This document shows, one piece after another, positions 1 through 12,876 of a stretch of 64,000 nucleotides of DNA. The position numbers and the translations under genes are program-made. The stretch is taken from contig OZ024740.1 in the NCBI GenBank assembly GCA_964016885.1, positions 375,906,001 to 375,970,000 on the forward strand, read 5' to 3'. Numbering within the stretch: the first letter of the stretch is position 1; the number at the start of each line of letters is the position of its first letter. The DNA is from Eledone cirrhosa. Its lineage: Eukaryota. A model generated the notes under the pieces. That model worked only from the letters and a program-made list of their open reading frames with translations, ran no database searches and had not been told where the DNA came from.

Positions 1-64
1 TTGGATGTTTTTCCTTAGTTCCTTATAAATGAATTGGCTATATAAGATAAAAAATAATAAAATA

Positions 65-105
<41 letters not shown>

Positions 106-110
<5 letters not shown>

Positions 111-317
111 AACGAGTAGGACCCCGACGGCTGAGCTCAAGCCGTTTCGACGGCTAATTCTGGACTAGAAATTTATCTTAGTCCAGAATTAGCCGTCGAA
201 ACGGCTTGAGCTCAGGCGTCGGGGTCCTATTCGTTCCTATTACCCACTCTACTACCCTAAGTATTGAGTACTTTGGTGCGTCATGGTCCACCTGATTCCT
301 TACCACATTTCCTTCGT

Positions 318-320
<3 letters not shown>
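106..320. mobile_element. Fold-back inverted repeat in a Penelope-like pseudo-LTR fragment between (TA)n tracts
   Basis: Arms at about 106-167 and 178-240 are reverse complements with 2 mismatches. It contains GAAAC-stem-GTC (198-220), the 3' half of a hammerhead. A related inverted copy lies at 6811-6982. Confidence 0.6.
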
Positions 321-356
<36 letters not shown>

Positions 357-479
357 ATATATATATTTTTTTGCTATTAGAATTACTCCATAGATTCAAT
401 CCTATATTTCATCCCTATAACTGTTTTAAATAATTAACTGGTAATGAGCACATTATATTCAAATATTTTGTTTATTCTT

Positions 480-1520
480 AAGTAGATCTCATATTTCAGG
501 GCTGTTATCCGTAACCCAGGCATTGATCTCTTTGATGTCATGCCTACTGATGCAGAGTCTGCCTAGAAATTCTTCCCAAAGATTGTCCTGGTTAAGTGTG
601 ATATTATCAATTAGAAAATTGAACTTCGCCACTTCAATTCTCTTTGGTGCTTCAGTACCTGATTATATAGCTTATGGTGTTTTAGTTATATTGCGTGTGG
701 CCCTGTCTAGTCGATGATCAGTCCAGTATTTTCCTCCTCTCATTGTGTGTACACTACATACATCTTTTATATCACATTATTTAACAATGATATAATGAAT
801 GGAATTCCAATCCTTGGACCGGGTGCATCCAAGTTGTCCTATATTTATTTTCCTACTAAAATATAGTGTTTGTTATTACAAATTGATGTTCAGTGGAAAA
901 CATGAGGAGGGAGGCACGTTTTCGGTTGCACTTTCCTACACCATGTCTATATAAGGCAGGCCCTGTTATGAAATTAGAACCACTCCTAGAGTTGAAGTCA
1001 CCCATAATTACCAGCTTATCTGCAGCTGGCATATTTCTCACTAACGCTCCAATTTTATTGAAGAATTGTTCAATAGATTATTCTTGAAGGGACACTCGTG
1101 ATTGCGAGACATCTTCATTCTTTTCAAATGCAGACCACATGATATAATACGTTCTGAGTGACCACTGGGATAATTTATAAAAGATGAGATTAGAGCATTC
1201 GTGACAGCCAAGTCAACACTTGATTCTCTCCTTCGATCTTCCACTACAACTTTCTAAACGAAAATGTAACCAAAATGATTTTCAGTCAGATGAACATGTC
1301 CCTGTAGGTGTGTCTCAGAGAAAGCCACTATATCTAATGAATATTGTTTATAATCTAGAGCGATCAATGCAGGTCATGTCTCTGGGTTTCCGATCAGAGT
1401 GTCGTCCACTAGCGCACACTCATTATAACAAGCAAGTTTCATAGTGTTTTTAATACTTTTTTTGTTGTCGATTGACCACAGTAGAAGTATCATCACGAGG
1501 GCCAGTCTGCGATGCGCTGG
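480..1520 (-). pseudogene. Decayed RTE-clade LINE 5' fragment (APE endonuclease)
   Basis: ORF 856..1041(-) reads DKLVIMGDFNSR...HGVGKCN...LL.F..EHQFVITNTIF, typical of RTE/BovB endonuclease. HP and DHRL-like remnants follow in broken frames. Confidence 0.7.
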
Positions 1521-2460
1521 GTCACCCGGCAAGCCAGAGCTGTTCACCTGTTATTCCCAAGTCATTATTGCCAGTTAACAATTCTGTATGAGATATTTCG
1601 AATTGGTTCAAAATACATTTTATGGTTACTGCCAACAATACAGTTGGTGTTGACTGAGATTGTAATGTACAAATTGCATCTGTGCAGTTGAACATATTTT
1701 TAGTAGACATATCGTGCAAAAACACTAACTTCACAACTTGACCGCAGAAGATTGCATTAGTGTGACATGGAATCACAAGACTATTTATCATACCCAAGCT
1801 ATAGAATCTAGTCTAACCTATATGTCATAGTTTATTATTAGGAACACCATATAAGTATATATATATTACATTACGTTACATAATCTTAAGCGTTTGACTA
1901 CTGTCCAACATTCCACTTTCTACATATCTTATGGTTCCAGGAAGTACGATAGTTCGTGAAACCACCGTATATAAAGCATATGGGAAAGATGTTTATCTCT
2001 TTTTGCACACCAAATCACCCGTCTTCCTTTACAATCAAATTCCCGGTTATGAAGTTTTTGAACTATTGCCGTCGAGAAGACAGTAGAAAAGTATGTCCAC
2101 ACTAGTGTATTCTGTCCTGTATCCTTTTCGTCGATACTTTATTTCCCACTCTGATGCAAGGAATTATTTTGTGTTAGTGCACTTTTAAGACTTGTAAACT
2201 TCTTGTCTTCGCCAGTCAGTGTCCGCGATGAGGCATCTAAAAATTAATAATCAATAAAAGTGTAGTTTGATATAGTCGTATCATTAAATGACGATTTCTT
2301 CATTTTGCAACACTTCCTGATTCAGCTTATCATTATGTTTTCTGGGCTTGAGGGCGGGAATTTGAAGGGGTTACATCTTCTAGGCACATAGTGCTTGTTG
2401 TATTGCAACCTTGGACATAAAATTACAATATTAGGTACTAACAACCCCCCACCCTCACCC

Positions 2461-2510
<50 letters not shown>

Positions 2511-2512
2511 CA
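2461..2512. repeat. (TA)n-(GA)n compound microsatellite
   Basis: Directly visible. Confidence 0.95.
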
Positions 2513-3291
2513 GATGGGGAATGCGCGAGGGAGATTAGAAGTGTGTATTGTGTGTGTTGTATGTGTGTGTATAATATTATAGAGAAATTACACAGAAATA
2601 GTTATAATGAATTTTCAAATCTATCAATCAGATATACCAACTGTCATCAATAGTAACTAAAATCACCTTTTTACAATATTTTCCATTAATGAAGAAAGCC
2701 TATGTGTGTAGCATCTACTAACTCGTCGTACAATTATGTGTGTGATAAGAAATTTAGATGCAAATGTCAAATAAGCATGGAACTCACTGAAAGTAAATTG
2801 TGAATATTTGAAAATGAAATTTATCCGGCGAATAATATTGATTAACTAGTTACACGATAAGAAAATCTATAACTTTTGGCTGAAATATTTATAATGTGTA
2901 TAAAATAAGTAACTGAAGTTATTTGGATTAATATCAAGAGCAACGCATGGATTGCCAAGTAGATTGAAGGATATGGAACGTAAGAGAAATACAAACATAT
3001 CAGTTTCGTAGTATTAGTACGTAAAATTTGAAGACTGAACATATTTACATACAATATCAGTTTGGTACGTTAGGTATATATTCAACATAATTACGTGTAT
3101 TCAAATATTCTCGATAATCATAACGTAAATGTGTGAAGTAGGTATTACGCTGCCAAAATGATGTAAATGTTTGAGTAAGCATGTCATTTCAATAGTTGCA
3201 TTAGATTATATTCAGGTGCCATGTAAACTTTCTTAACATCACATGAATGGCGTTTAATATCCTGATTGCCAAACATCAATACCAGCATCTG

Positions 3292-3443
3292 GCGGCTGAC
3301 GAGGGCATTTCTTGAATATGTATAGGATTACTCTTATTTTTGATTGAAGTGATGATTCTTTGTAAGATAATCGATAGACAGGAGAAATGAAATATAATCC
3401 GAACGATATTCAGGAAGTAGAGCTTTGAAACTTATAATATAGC
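3292..3443 (+). ncRNA. Possible decayed hammerhead ribozyme with long stem II
   Basis: CTGACGA at 3296-3302 and GAAAC at 3427-3431 bracket a hairpin (tttcttgaatat/atattcaggaag; ggatta/taatcc). Stems I and III are poorly paired. Confidence 0.35.
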
Positions 3444-3463
3444 ATTTCTGTTCCAAACCTATG

Positions 3464-3465
<2 letters not shown>

Positions 3466-3562
<97 letters not shown>

Positions 3563-3582
3563 GTGTGCGTGTGTGTGTGTGT
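3466..3582. repeat. (TA)n/(TG)n compound microsatellite
   Basis: Directly visible. Confidence 0.95.
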
Positions 3583-3902
3583 ATGATGCATATTGTCATC
3601 AACTATGCATTTCAATATTTTAAAATATTTAGTCACTGGATTATTGGGGAACTTGGGTGAGTATATCAATGAAATTTACCCCCTTAAAATATTTTTCATG
3701 TGGAATCAGAAGACTGGCAGAGATTTGCAAGTATGTATTAAAAGTACAGCCTAACAGCCGACCTTCCATACAATTCTGGCTAACCTAATTCAAACTTACC
3801 CTAACTACCATGCAGTAAGTCCAAACCCAAAACTGATGCGGACACCTTAAACACCAAATTATGCCTGCACACACACAACCCCCCCCCCATACACACACAC
3901 AC

Positions 3903-3935
<33 letters not shown>

Positions 3936-5600
3936 CATCTATATATATATATATAATTAATATTTACGTATGGACGAGGTGTCAGAATCCTCATTAAGTT
4001 TATTCACGTGTGAGGTGCGTCTAGGTCTTACACCAATGTTCCTTCATCTACACTACATCAGCACCAGCACCAGAAATGGAGCTTTGCCACTTGTTAACAT
4101 ACGTCAGATATAAACATATGGCCGGAAATATAATGTACGTTTCCAGTGTTTGTAAATTCATTTACAATTTTTCAGAATTACAGATTACCAACAATAAAAT
4201 AAATGCTAGATTTCGATATTCTCTGTGTCGATATGATATAGTAATTATTCTTGAAGTCGTTGTCGTAGCCAACTGTTCAATACCTAAAATTGATAACATA
4301 ATTGATGCGGGTTTGACGTAAATATATATGCATATGCATATTCTGAAATTGCCCCATATATCTTAAATCAATGATGCGATCCATGAGTTGTATAGTCCAC
4401 TAGTCCAAAATTCAAAAAGTGTCGTGCACCACACATGATATTTTGTCCTACTGTGTTGCATATTGAAATTACATGTAAATTGATATTTGGAGTTCAATAA
4501 TTACATCTTCCTGAATTTTATGGAACACATGAAAACAGGTTGAGCAGCAATATCTTAATAAATATAAAAGGATATTGTAATTCTGCATATTCCTAAAATG
4601 CAGCGTTAATTGTGACTTTCATTGTATGTTTTTGAATGAGGAAAGACAGTGGTTAAACAATAGAAACAACAACAAGAATATTGTTTTTACTTCAGAATAC
4701 AGAACATTATATTTTGTAAGTTTATTTTATTGTACAAATGAGATATAACTCTATTCACTAAGCAGTTTGTACATATGCTATACATTCTGTTATCTTTCAT
4801 TTCTCACTATAGATAACATTATTAGTTTTCAATAACATGTTTTTTTACTGATATTTATTAAATTTGGGGATAATTTCACACAATATTTACTAGATAATTT
4901 ATTTCATAACTAGAGTAGGAATTGCATAACTTCTCACATATAATGTTTTTACATTAATTTTAAATTATTTACGTCACAATATGTTATATGAAAATGCAAT
5001 GAACAATACAAAAAAAAGTACCATATATTCTTTAAACACCGTGTTCTCTGAATATCTTGATACAAGAAATAGGAATATATCTGCATTAAATTATTTCGTT
5101 TTATAATATAGCCCGTAATATTGTAATATTCAAGTACAATATTTGTATCTTACACACATTATCTTCCAATTTATATAGAAATACATTTGCATCATTTTTT
5201 CTCACATGGTTTTCCTTTATGATGTGATACGTGTGAATATCTTGAACGCATTCACTACGCACGAGCGCATACACAAACATAATGAGTGGCATTGGTAATA
5301 AGCGAAAATGCAACAATAATAGAGAAAAGATAGCATATAACCCATATGCACAGATAAACACACACTTACGCATGTGCATACCAGAACCACTGCAAAAGAC
5401 AAAACGAATTGATGAAAATACAGTAACTGGGCCCCGGGGCATATATAACTTAGAAGGTCACATATGCTAAAAAATAACTTTTTCAATTAGATAGATAGAC
5501 GTTAGGCTGTTTAAACAGTCGATAATGAATATCAATCTGAAGTGAAATAGAACTGGTGAGCATCACAATATATAGTAATATATTTCACAGCATTATTTTC

Positions 5601-5816
5601 CGGATTGGCAGTATCGGTAGAGGGGCGGACGTCAGGCATTGCAGCATAGAGTTACGGCTCTTTATGATCTGAATTCAAATGTCGCTACGGTTAAATGTGC
5701 CTTTCATATTTACGGGGTCGATAAAATAAAGTACCAGTCACGTACTGGGGTCGATTTAATCGACTTTCCCTTCCCACAAAATTGAAGGCCTTGTGCCTAT
5801 ATAAGAAATCATTATT
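5601..5816 (+). mobile_element. tRNA-derived SINE
   Basis: A-box-like tggcagtatcggtag, B-box-like gaattcaaatg, conserved body gcctttcat...ggggtcgataaaataaagtaccagt, tail ggccttgtgcc...agaaatcattatt. Homologous to 32516-32704. Confidence 0.85.
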
Positions 5817-5971
5817 TTTCATCATGAATCTCATAAACAAAATATAAAGAATAATGTAATATATATATAGATATAAATACATAGTAATAATAATAAATTT
5901 GAAGACTAAAATCCAAAGAGGGCTCGATAAGGATAAATATATATCAAATATATAATATCCGTAGAGCAAAC

Positions 5972-5991
5972 ATATATATATATGTGCGCGT

Positions 5992-6038
<47 letters not shown>

Positions 6039-6136
6039 CGTGTGTGTGTGCGTGTGTGTGTGTGTGTGTGTGCGTGTGTGCGTGTGTGTGCGCGTGTGTG
6101 TGCGCGCGCGCGCGCGCGTGTATGTGTGTGAGTGTG
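5972..6136. repeat. (TA)/(TG)/(CG) alternating purine-pyrimidine microsatellite
   Basis: Directly visible; includes a (CG)n run. Confidence 0.95.
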
Positions 6137-6607
6137 CGTCATTGTCATTATTGGAAAGCACCATTGCCAAAAATCATAGCATAGCTCCTGTAATATATAT
6201 TACGAAATTGTATTAAACGTCTTAAATTTGAATACTATTTAAAACACAATGAATCATTGATACGCAAATAACAAATACAATGTACAAGCTAGGATAATTT
6301 ATTATAATTCAAGAAACTTAAACTATGTAACTCATTCATATTATTTTTGTTTGAGAATATCTTCGAAGACGCTAAGAATTTCGGCACCTCACTGCTTCTA
6401 TGCAAAGTTTGATCTTTTCGTTTTATTGCTAGTAATTATGCAATCCTAATTCATATTCACTTTTAAATTTAGAACTCTGTATTTCAATTATTTTTTGTTA
6501 AATAAAACTATTTCTGTACTACAGGACGCCAATGCTATTTAAAGTTGACTATATAATACTATTCATAATCACAATAATATATTGCACACATTCAGATGCG
6601 CGCACTC

Positions 6608-6657
<50 letters not shown>

Positions 6658-6757
6658 AAGCAGGGGAAAGAGGGAGGACGTATAATGAGGCTGATATATA
6701 TATATATATATATATTATCTATAGATAGATAAATAGATAGATAGATATATAGATATA

Positions 6758-6804
<47 letters not shown>

Positions 6805-6810
6805 ATATAT

Positions 6811-6982
6811 ATAACAAAGAATGTGTAGTAAGATACCAGGTGGACCGTAACGCACCAGAGTACTCGATACTTAGGGTAGTAGAGTTGGTACTATAAACAG
6901 AGTCAGAACCCAGACGGTTGAGCTCCGGCCGTTTTGACAGCTAGATCCGAACGCGGAGCTCAGTCGTCGGGTTCCTGATTCT
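6811..6982 (-). mobile_element. Second copy of the 106-320 element with its own fold-back
   Basis: 6811-6950 is a diverged reverse complement of about 185-320. Internal inverted repeat gagtcagaaccc.gacggttgagctccg / cggagctcagtcgtcgggttcctgattc. Flanked by (TA)n. Confidence 0.65.
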
Positions 6983-7244
<262 letters not shown>

Positions 7245-7293
7245 AAATAAAGTTAAATAAAAGTCAAATGATTAAAATTTAGCTTCGTTTATT

Positions 7294-7348
7294 ACTGCTA
7301 TATATATTTCAGTGACAGCCATCTTTGGCTGTGACCTCTTCAGGCAGT
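7294..7348 (-). ncRNA. Minimal type I hammerhead ribozyme (copy in left arm)
   Basis: Reverse complement of 7942-7996. Confidence 0.8.
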
Positions 7349-7941
7349 TTGAATTAGTATGGTATAGACAAGTACATATGTTGTTTAGGTGTATGATATT
7401 GTCAATACTCTGATATGCCCAGTTCCTTGTTGGGTTGTTAATTCACTGGGGAACTGGAGTCATATGAATTCAAACAAACGAATTTTAGTGTCACAGGTCC
7501 CCTTCTCCTCTCATTGGTCAGTTATTAGTGTTGTCATTGTTGGAGTTAGCTTAAAAATTGATAAAATGGTAGAAGGGACAAGGTGTTGAAGGAACAAAAT
7601 ATCAAAAAATGTGTCAAACTTCCCATTGTTCAGTTCTGAGAGCATTCCTCAGTCAGAAGTCTATAGAATTCTTTCTGGGGTGAGGCTCCCTGTAGTGTTT
7701 ATGCCTGCTATTGTTCAGTACATTTGACCTCCTTTTTAAGCTAACTCCAACAATGACAACACTAATAACTGACCAATGAGAGGAGAAGGGGACCTGTGAC
7801 ACTAAAATTCGTTTGTTTGAATTCATATGACTCCAGTTCCCCAGTGAATTAACAACCCAACAAGGAACTGGGCATATCAGAGTATTGACAATATCATACA
7901 CCTAAACAACATATGTACTTGTCTATACCATACTAATTCAA

Positions 7942-7996
7942 ACTGCCTGAAGAGGTCACAGCCAAAGATGGCTGTCACTGAAATATATATAGCAGT
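7942..7996 (+). ncRNA. Minimal type I hammerhead ribozyme
   Basis: actgc-CTGAAGA-ggtcacagcc/aaagat/ggctgtcact-GAAA-tatata-TA-gcagt. This gives stem I actgc/gcagt, the CUGANGA and GAAA cores, a palindromic stem III and an AUA cleavage triplet. Confidence 0.8.
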
Positions 7997-8136
7997 AATA
8001 AACGAAGCTAAATTTTAATCATTTGACTTTTATTTAACTTTATTTTACACTACTCCGGAGTAACCAAACCAACTTCGTCGAGTGCTCCAGCCTGCATACT
8101 GAGGTGTTGGTATACAACCAACGTAAACTCAAAATC

Positions 8137-8298
<162 letters not shown>

Positions 8299-8799
8299 AC
8301 GTTGTACAATTACATCTATAGTACCAGATTTAGAGTAATCATATATGTGCATGTATGAGTGTGTGAAGAAAGTATTATCAGTGGTACTGCTCCGATTAAA
8401 TACGACATTGAAAGAGCATTGCCAAACCGCTTCTTAATACCAACTTCTCAGCCGTAGATAATATACACACCTCGCTGTCACATGGTTCTGAATGAAAAGT
8501 ATGCGAAACTACTTACCAGTTTATATGAAGGAAATATTTTATACGTACACATGAATACATATTCCTCAACTATAACCAATAAGACGCCCAGCCTGAAATT
8601 ACACAGCTGTATCTCTTCACAAATGTTCATCTCATCCCAACATGTGACAGAAATACAAAGAAAGTGGAAATTGAATTACTTTATCATTCCATTGAGACTT
8701 TCGGCGATAGAAGTACGTATGCTAAAGATTGATGACAAACTTAGAAGTGTGTTCATGTGTGAAAACAACAAACCGTGACATCAACACAGCAGCAGAAAC

Positions 8800-9720
8800 A
8801 AGACGAAACTTAATAAGGATCTTAGACAAGCGTTGAAAGAGATAAAAACATTAAATTGATTGTAATTCATTAAAATGACAAGGACAATAATTTTTTTATC
8901 ATGGATAAAAAAAAATACTCACATGGATAAAAATAAATACTGACATGCAATGTCCTCGTGGATCATAGCAAATTTAAGAGAATTTCGCGAGAAATCACTG
9001 TTCAGCTAAAAGTAAAATACATTACTTACTGCAGTTAACACACACATAAGGCGCATCCGTGTCCAGCATATTGAAGGTGAGTTTTGCCCTGCATACATCA
9101 ACAGCACAGTTTAAACACACAAACCTAACAATCCTTTCCGATTAATCATCACCAGCATCAAAACACTCACACACAGAAATGACTATATACCTCGATAAAT
9201 CGTATATTCCAGATCGGTATAGTATATGATAATCTGAATTTCTTGAAATCTAACACAAAACAAAGATATCAATATCTTCTCAGTCGATGTTGAAAGCATT
9301 TTTACTAACATCTCAGTGATTGAAACAATAAATATATTCCCGGACAACGTATTTACACACTCGACATTAAAACCCCCACATAGTCACAAAAACATCGCGA
9401 AAATGTTACTGTTTGCATGTTCAAATAAGCGTGCCTTCCACTGTTCACAATGTAATTGATACCTATAGAAATGCAGCGTAGCTCAGGGTTACTAAGGCAC
9501 ATATTGTCGCTGTACAATGTCCCTTAAATTAGAAAGCATAATTGTCCACACTCGAAACAAACCACATCATCCGTAGCCGCTAGGTCGATGATATATTTAT
9601 TGTCAATGATACTGAAAAACGCGCCGATCTTCTCAAAGTTGATCACAAAAATAATTCCATCTTCACATATACAATCCATCACTGCACTAATGCAAATTCA
9701 TCCAAGGGGAGCACCCCTTG
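8800..9720 (+). pseudogene. Decayed Penelope-like reverse transcriptase
   Basis: Ordered remnants in broken frames: DKDNNFFIMDK (about 8877), THKPNNPFRLII (about 9115), SVDVESIFTNISVIETINI (about 9280), R*VDDIF (about 9578). Confidence 0.75.
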
Positions 9721-10428
9721 TTGGACATCATAATCAACTATGCGTCTGCTTACCATTTAACATGAGATTAGTTGATATTTTTCTTTGCCTGTTCATATTA
9801 AAATATTTCTGCAATTTATTCAAAAATATTACCATATTTTTAACAATGAATCTACTCGTCAGAAAGATATAAAAATTCATGTTGCATATAGGATGTTCAA
9901 GAAAATATATAATTATTAATACATTCTTACACCCAAACAAAATATGTATAATGCAACTAAACAAATTCCACTATTTACAAATTATGAAAATGTATATACA
10001 TATGATCCATGATCAACAATAACAATGAAAATTAGATTTGTATTGGAAACATACTTTCAAAGTCAAGAATTCATTCCGTAATCATTTACGTAAGTTTGGA
10101 CAGTGACGTAATAGATACACTATATCAATAATTTAAATACGTCATATAATAGTTTTCAATAGATAGGCCATATCCCATTAGAAAACAGCACACATCGACA
10201 AATGTGGGTCTATCAGGGTTAGAATCTCTCTCCTCACCTCCCCTCCATCACCCCTTCTCAGCAAACTAATTTAGAACAGACTGGAACACTTCACAATCAT
10301 TACTTTCACCACGAATTTCTTGAATTTTACTATTTGTATTATATATTTTTCTACGTTCTGTATTCAAGACTTCATCAATAACATTAAATACATTAGGCTT
10401 TGTTGTAATTGAGTCTGTATGGATATGG

Positions 10429-10468
<40 letters not shown>

Positions 10469-10898
10469 TAAATGCATATTGAACGTTCTATATATGTAAA
10501 TTAAAATATAAATTTCACTGGGAATATGTACATCTTATAGGCGTAAAGCTATTAAATAAAATTCGAGGTATGTGACACAAATCAAAGTAGACATGTGATA
10601 TCTGAGGTATTTCAGTAATATTTTCTGCACAACATGTCTCTAATACTAATACACAGTGCCTGGAAATGCAATTGCGGAAACGATATTAATGGCGCTAATT
10701 TTTTGATTGTAGTGTCACTTTTACGTTTTGCCGACCTTTTATGTGGTAATGCCAATGAAAAATCCCTTACACATTAGCATGAATCAACAAAGATTAAAAA
10801 TAAATGGAGGACACTCAAATGCTTGATAATTATTGAACATATTAATAAAACTCCTGGTTTCGAACATTGCATCTCCAGCATTTCACTTTAGAAAAAAA

Positions 10899-12876
10899 CA
10901 CAGTGTAACAAAAAAATTGTTTTTCTCTGTTCCCGGCTTGTAATCACTTTTTTGTGTTGCTTAGGTCTCAAATAAATTAAAAAAAGTGCTATTAAACGGT
11001 TAAAAGTGTGGGTTTGTAAACATTCTAAGCTATTCACTAGAATTATTTGTATGCTGGATTTTACGTTGTATGGAAGTTTAATTTGCTTATGTTAAATGAT
11101 TTTTTTTATATATGTTTCAGGTTAAATTAAAATTATAAAATAAAGAGTAATACCTAAAGAAAATTATAAAAGTGCAATAAAGTATAAAATTGTTAAAAAG
11201 TGGATTAAAGAGATTTATTGATACTGGATTTTAGCACCCTGAATACAGGGTAAATTGTGTTTTAAGAACGAATTTTCATTTGTATGATTAGTGTTCTTTT
11301 ATATTATTTAAATATGTATTTCCCTTTCCAATATTTATTTTGTTTTGCATATCTAATTCATTTTACAAGACAAGTATTCTGATGAAGAGAAGGAGATGGA
11401 TGCTGAGGACTTGGATTACCTGCCTCAGGTACCAGAAAAAGTTCCTCACTTCCCAAACCAAAAAGAAGTCAATGACTTGGTCAGGGATATGTGTCTAATC
11501 AAGTCCAATGCATAGCTATTCGTCTCCAAGATGAAGCAGTGGAACTTGGTCAAGGAGCAAGTGCAGGTGACAAGTCAGAGAAGTTGACACGAACATTTCT
11601 CAGGCTTTTACACCCTTAAGGATGGCCTCTGTTTCTGCCATGACCTGCCTGGACTGTTTGACGTTATTGGGGTACGGTTTGTGCTATTTATAGACAGCTC
11701 CACCACATGTTTGAAGGCTGTCCTCCTAAACAATGGAAACAAGTTCCCGACATTGCCCCTAGCTCATTCAGTCTGCCTGAAGGAAGATTACTACAGTGTG
11801 AAAGTCCTCTTGGAAGCTCTTCAATACAACTAGTACAATTGGGAAGCATTGGAGACTTCAAGATGGTGGTTTTCCTGCTTCGACTCCAAGGAGGCTTTAT
11901 CAAATTCCAATGCTTCCTCTGCTTTTGGGACAGCAGAGCCACCTCTGACCACTTCAAAAGAAAGAACTGGGAGCAGCGAACAGAATTTGTAGTTGGGACC
12001 CGGAACGTCATGTGGGAACCACTGGTTGATCCCAGGATTGTGCTCATGCCGCCACTGCACATTAAGTTGGGGTTGATGAAGCAGTTTGTGAAGGCTCTCA
12101 ACCGAGAATCAGCCGCTTTTAAGTAGCTTATTGAGTTCTTCCCCAAGTTATCTGAGGCCAAAATCAAAGGTGGAAATTTTGTTGGACCTCAGATAAAGAA
12201 GGTGTTTGAGTCTACCGAGTTCTCCAATAAGCTCAATAGGATTGAGAGAATAGAATGTAACTGTTTCAAGGCAGTTGTTAAGGGCTTCCTGGGCAACTAC
12301 AGAGCTGAAAACTACCAGCAACTGGTGCAGGATCTGATAAAGGCTTTTGGCGCCATGGGGTGCAGGATGTCACCTAAACTCCATATGCTGGACGCTCACC
12401 TGGAAAGATTCAAGCACAATATGGGCGCCTACACAGAAGAACAAGGCGAACGATTCTACCAAGATGTGAAAGAGATAGAGCGGAGGTACCAGGGCCACTA
12501 CACTGAACAAATGATGGGGGAATATATCTGGGGGCTAGTGCAGGAATGCAACCTGGACTACAACCGCAAATACAGGAAATCCATTCATTTCTGACGTGTA
12601 TAAGTTGCTTTATTAGTGTTATTTGTTATTACTTGCTTGCTTTCGATTAGCTTGTGTAATAAAATAAATATATACTCTGTTAATTTAATTATATGAACTG
12701 ATAAATTTAAAAAGAAATGTGTTTTTTCTTGAAAAATATGAACATTTCGAAATATCAAACTCCTGACCACAAACCCATACTTCTGATTAAATAATAGTGT
12801 TTTTATATAATAATGGGATATAACAAACCATGAAATGACACTTAGAACCGGGGAACAAAAAATATAGTACACGGTG
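10899..12876 (+). mobile_element. Decayed Chapaev3-like (CMC superfamily) DNA transposon
   Basis: Termini 5'-CAC...GTG-3' with imperfect TIRs (cacagtgta...tgttcccgg / ccggggaaca...tacacggtg), followed by TAA. Encloses a transposase pseudogene. Confidence 0.7.
11370..12594 (+). pseudogene. Chapaev3-like transposase pseudogene
   Basis: FIDSS..CLKAVLL, GDFKMV.FLL.LQGGF.KF.CFLC.WDSRA, PPLHIKLGLMKQFVKAL, MSPKLHML.AHL, EEQGERFYQD. Contains stops and frameshifts. Confidence 0.8.

Noticed and set aside
7389-7901. Two identical short ORFs (MYDIVNTL...) on opposite strands
   Set aside because: A consequence of the 315-bp inverted repeat; no coding evidence.
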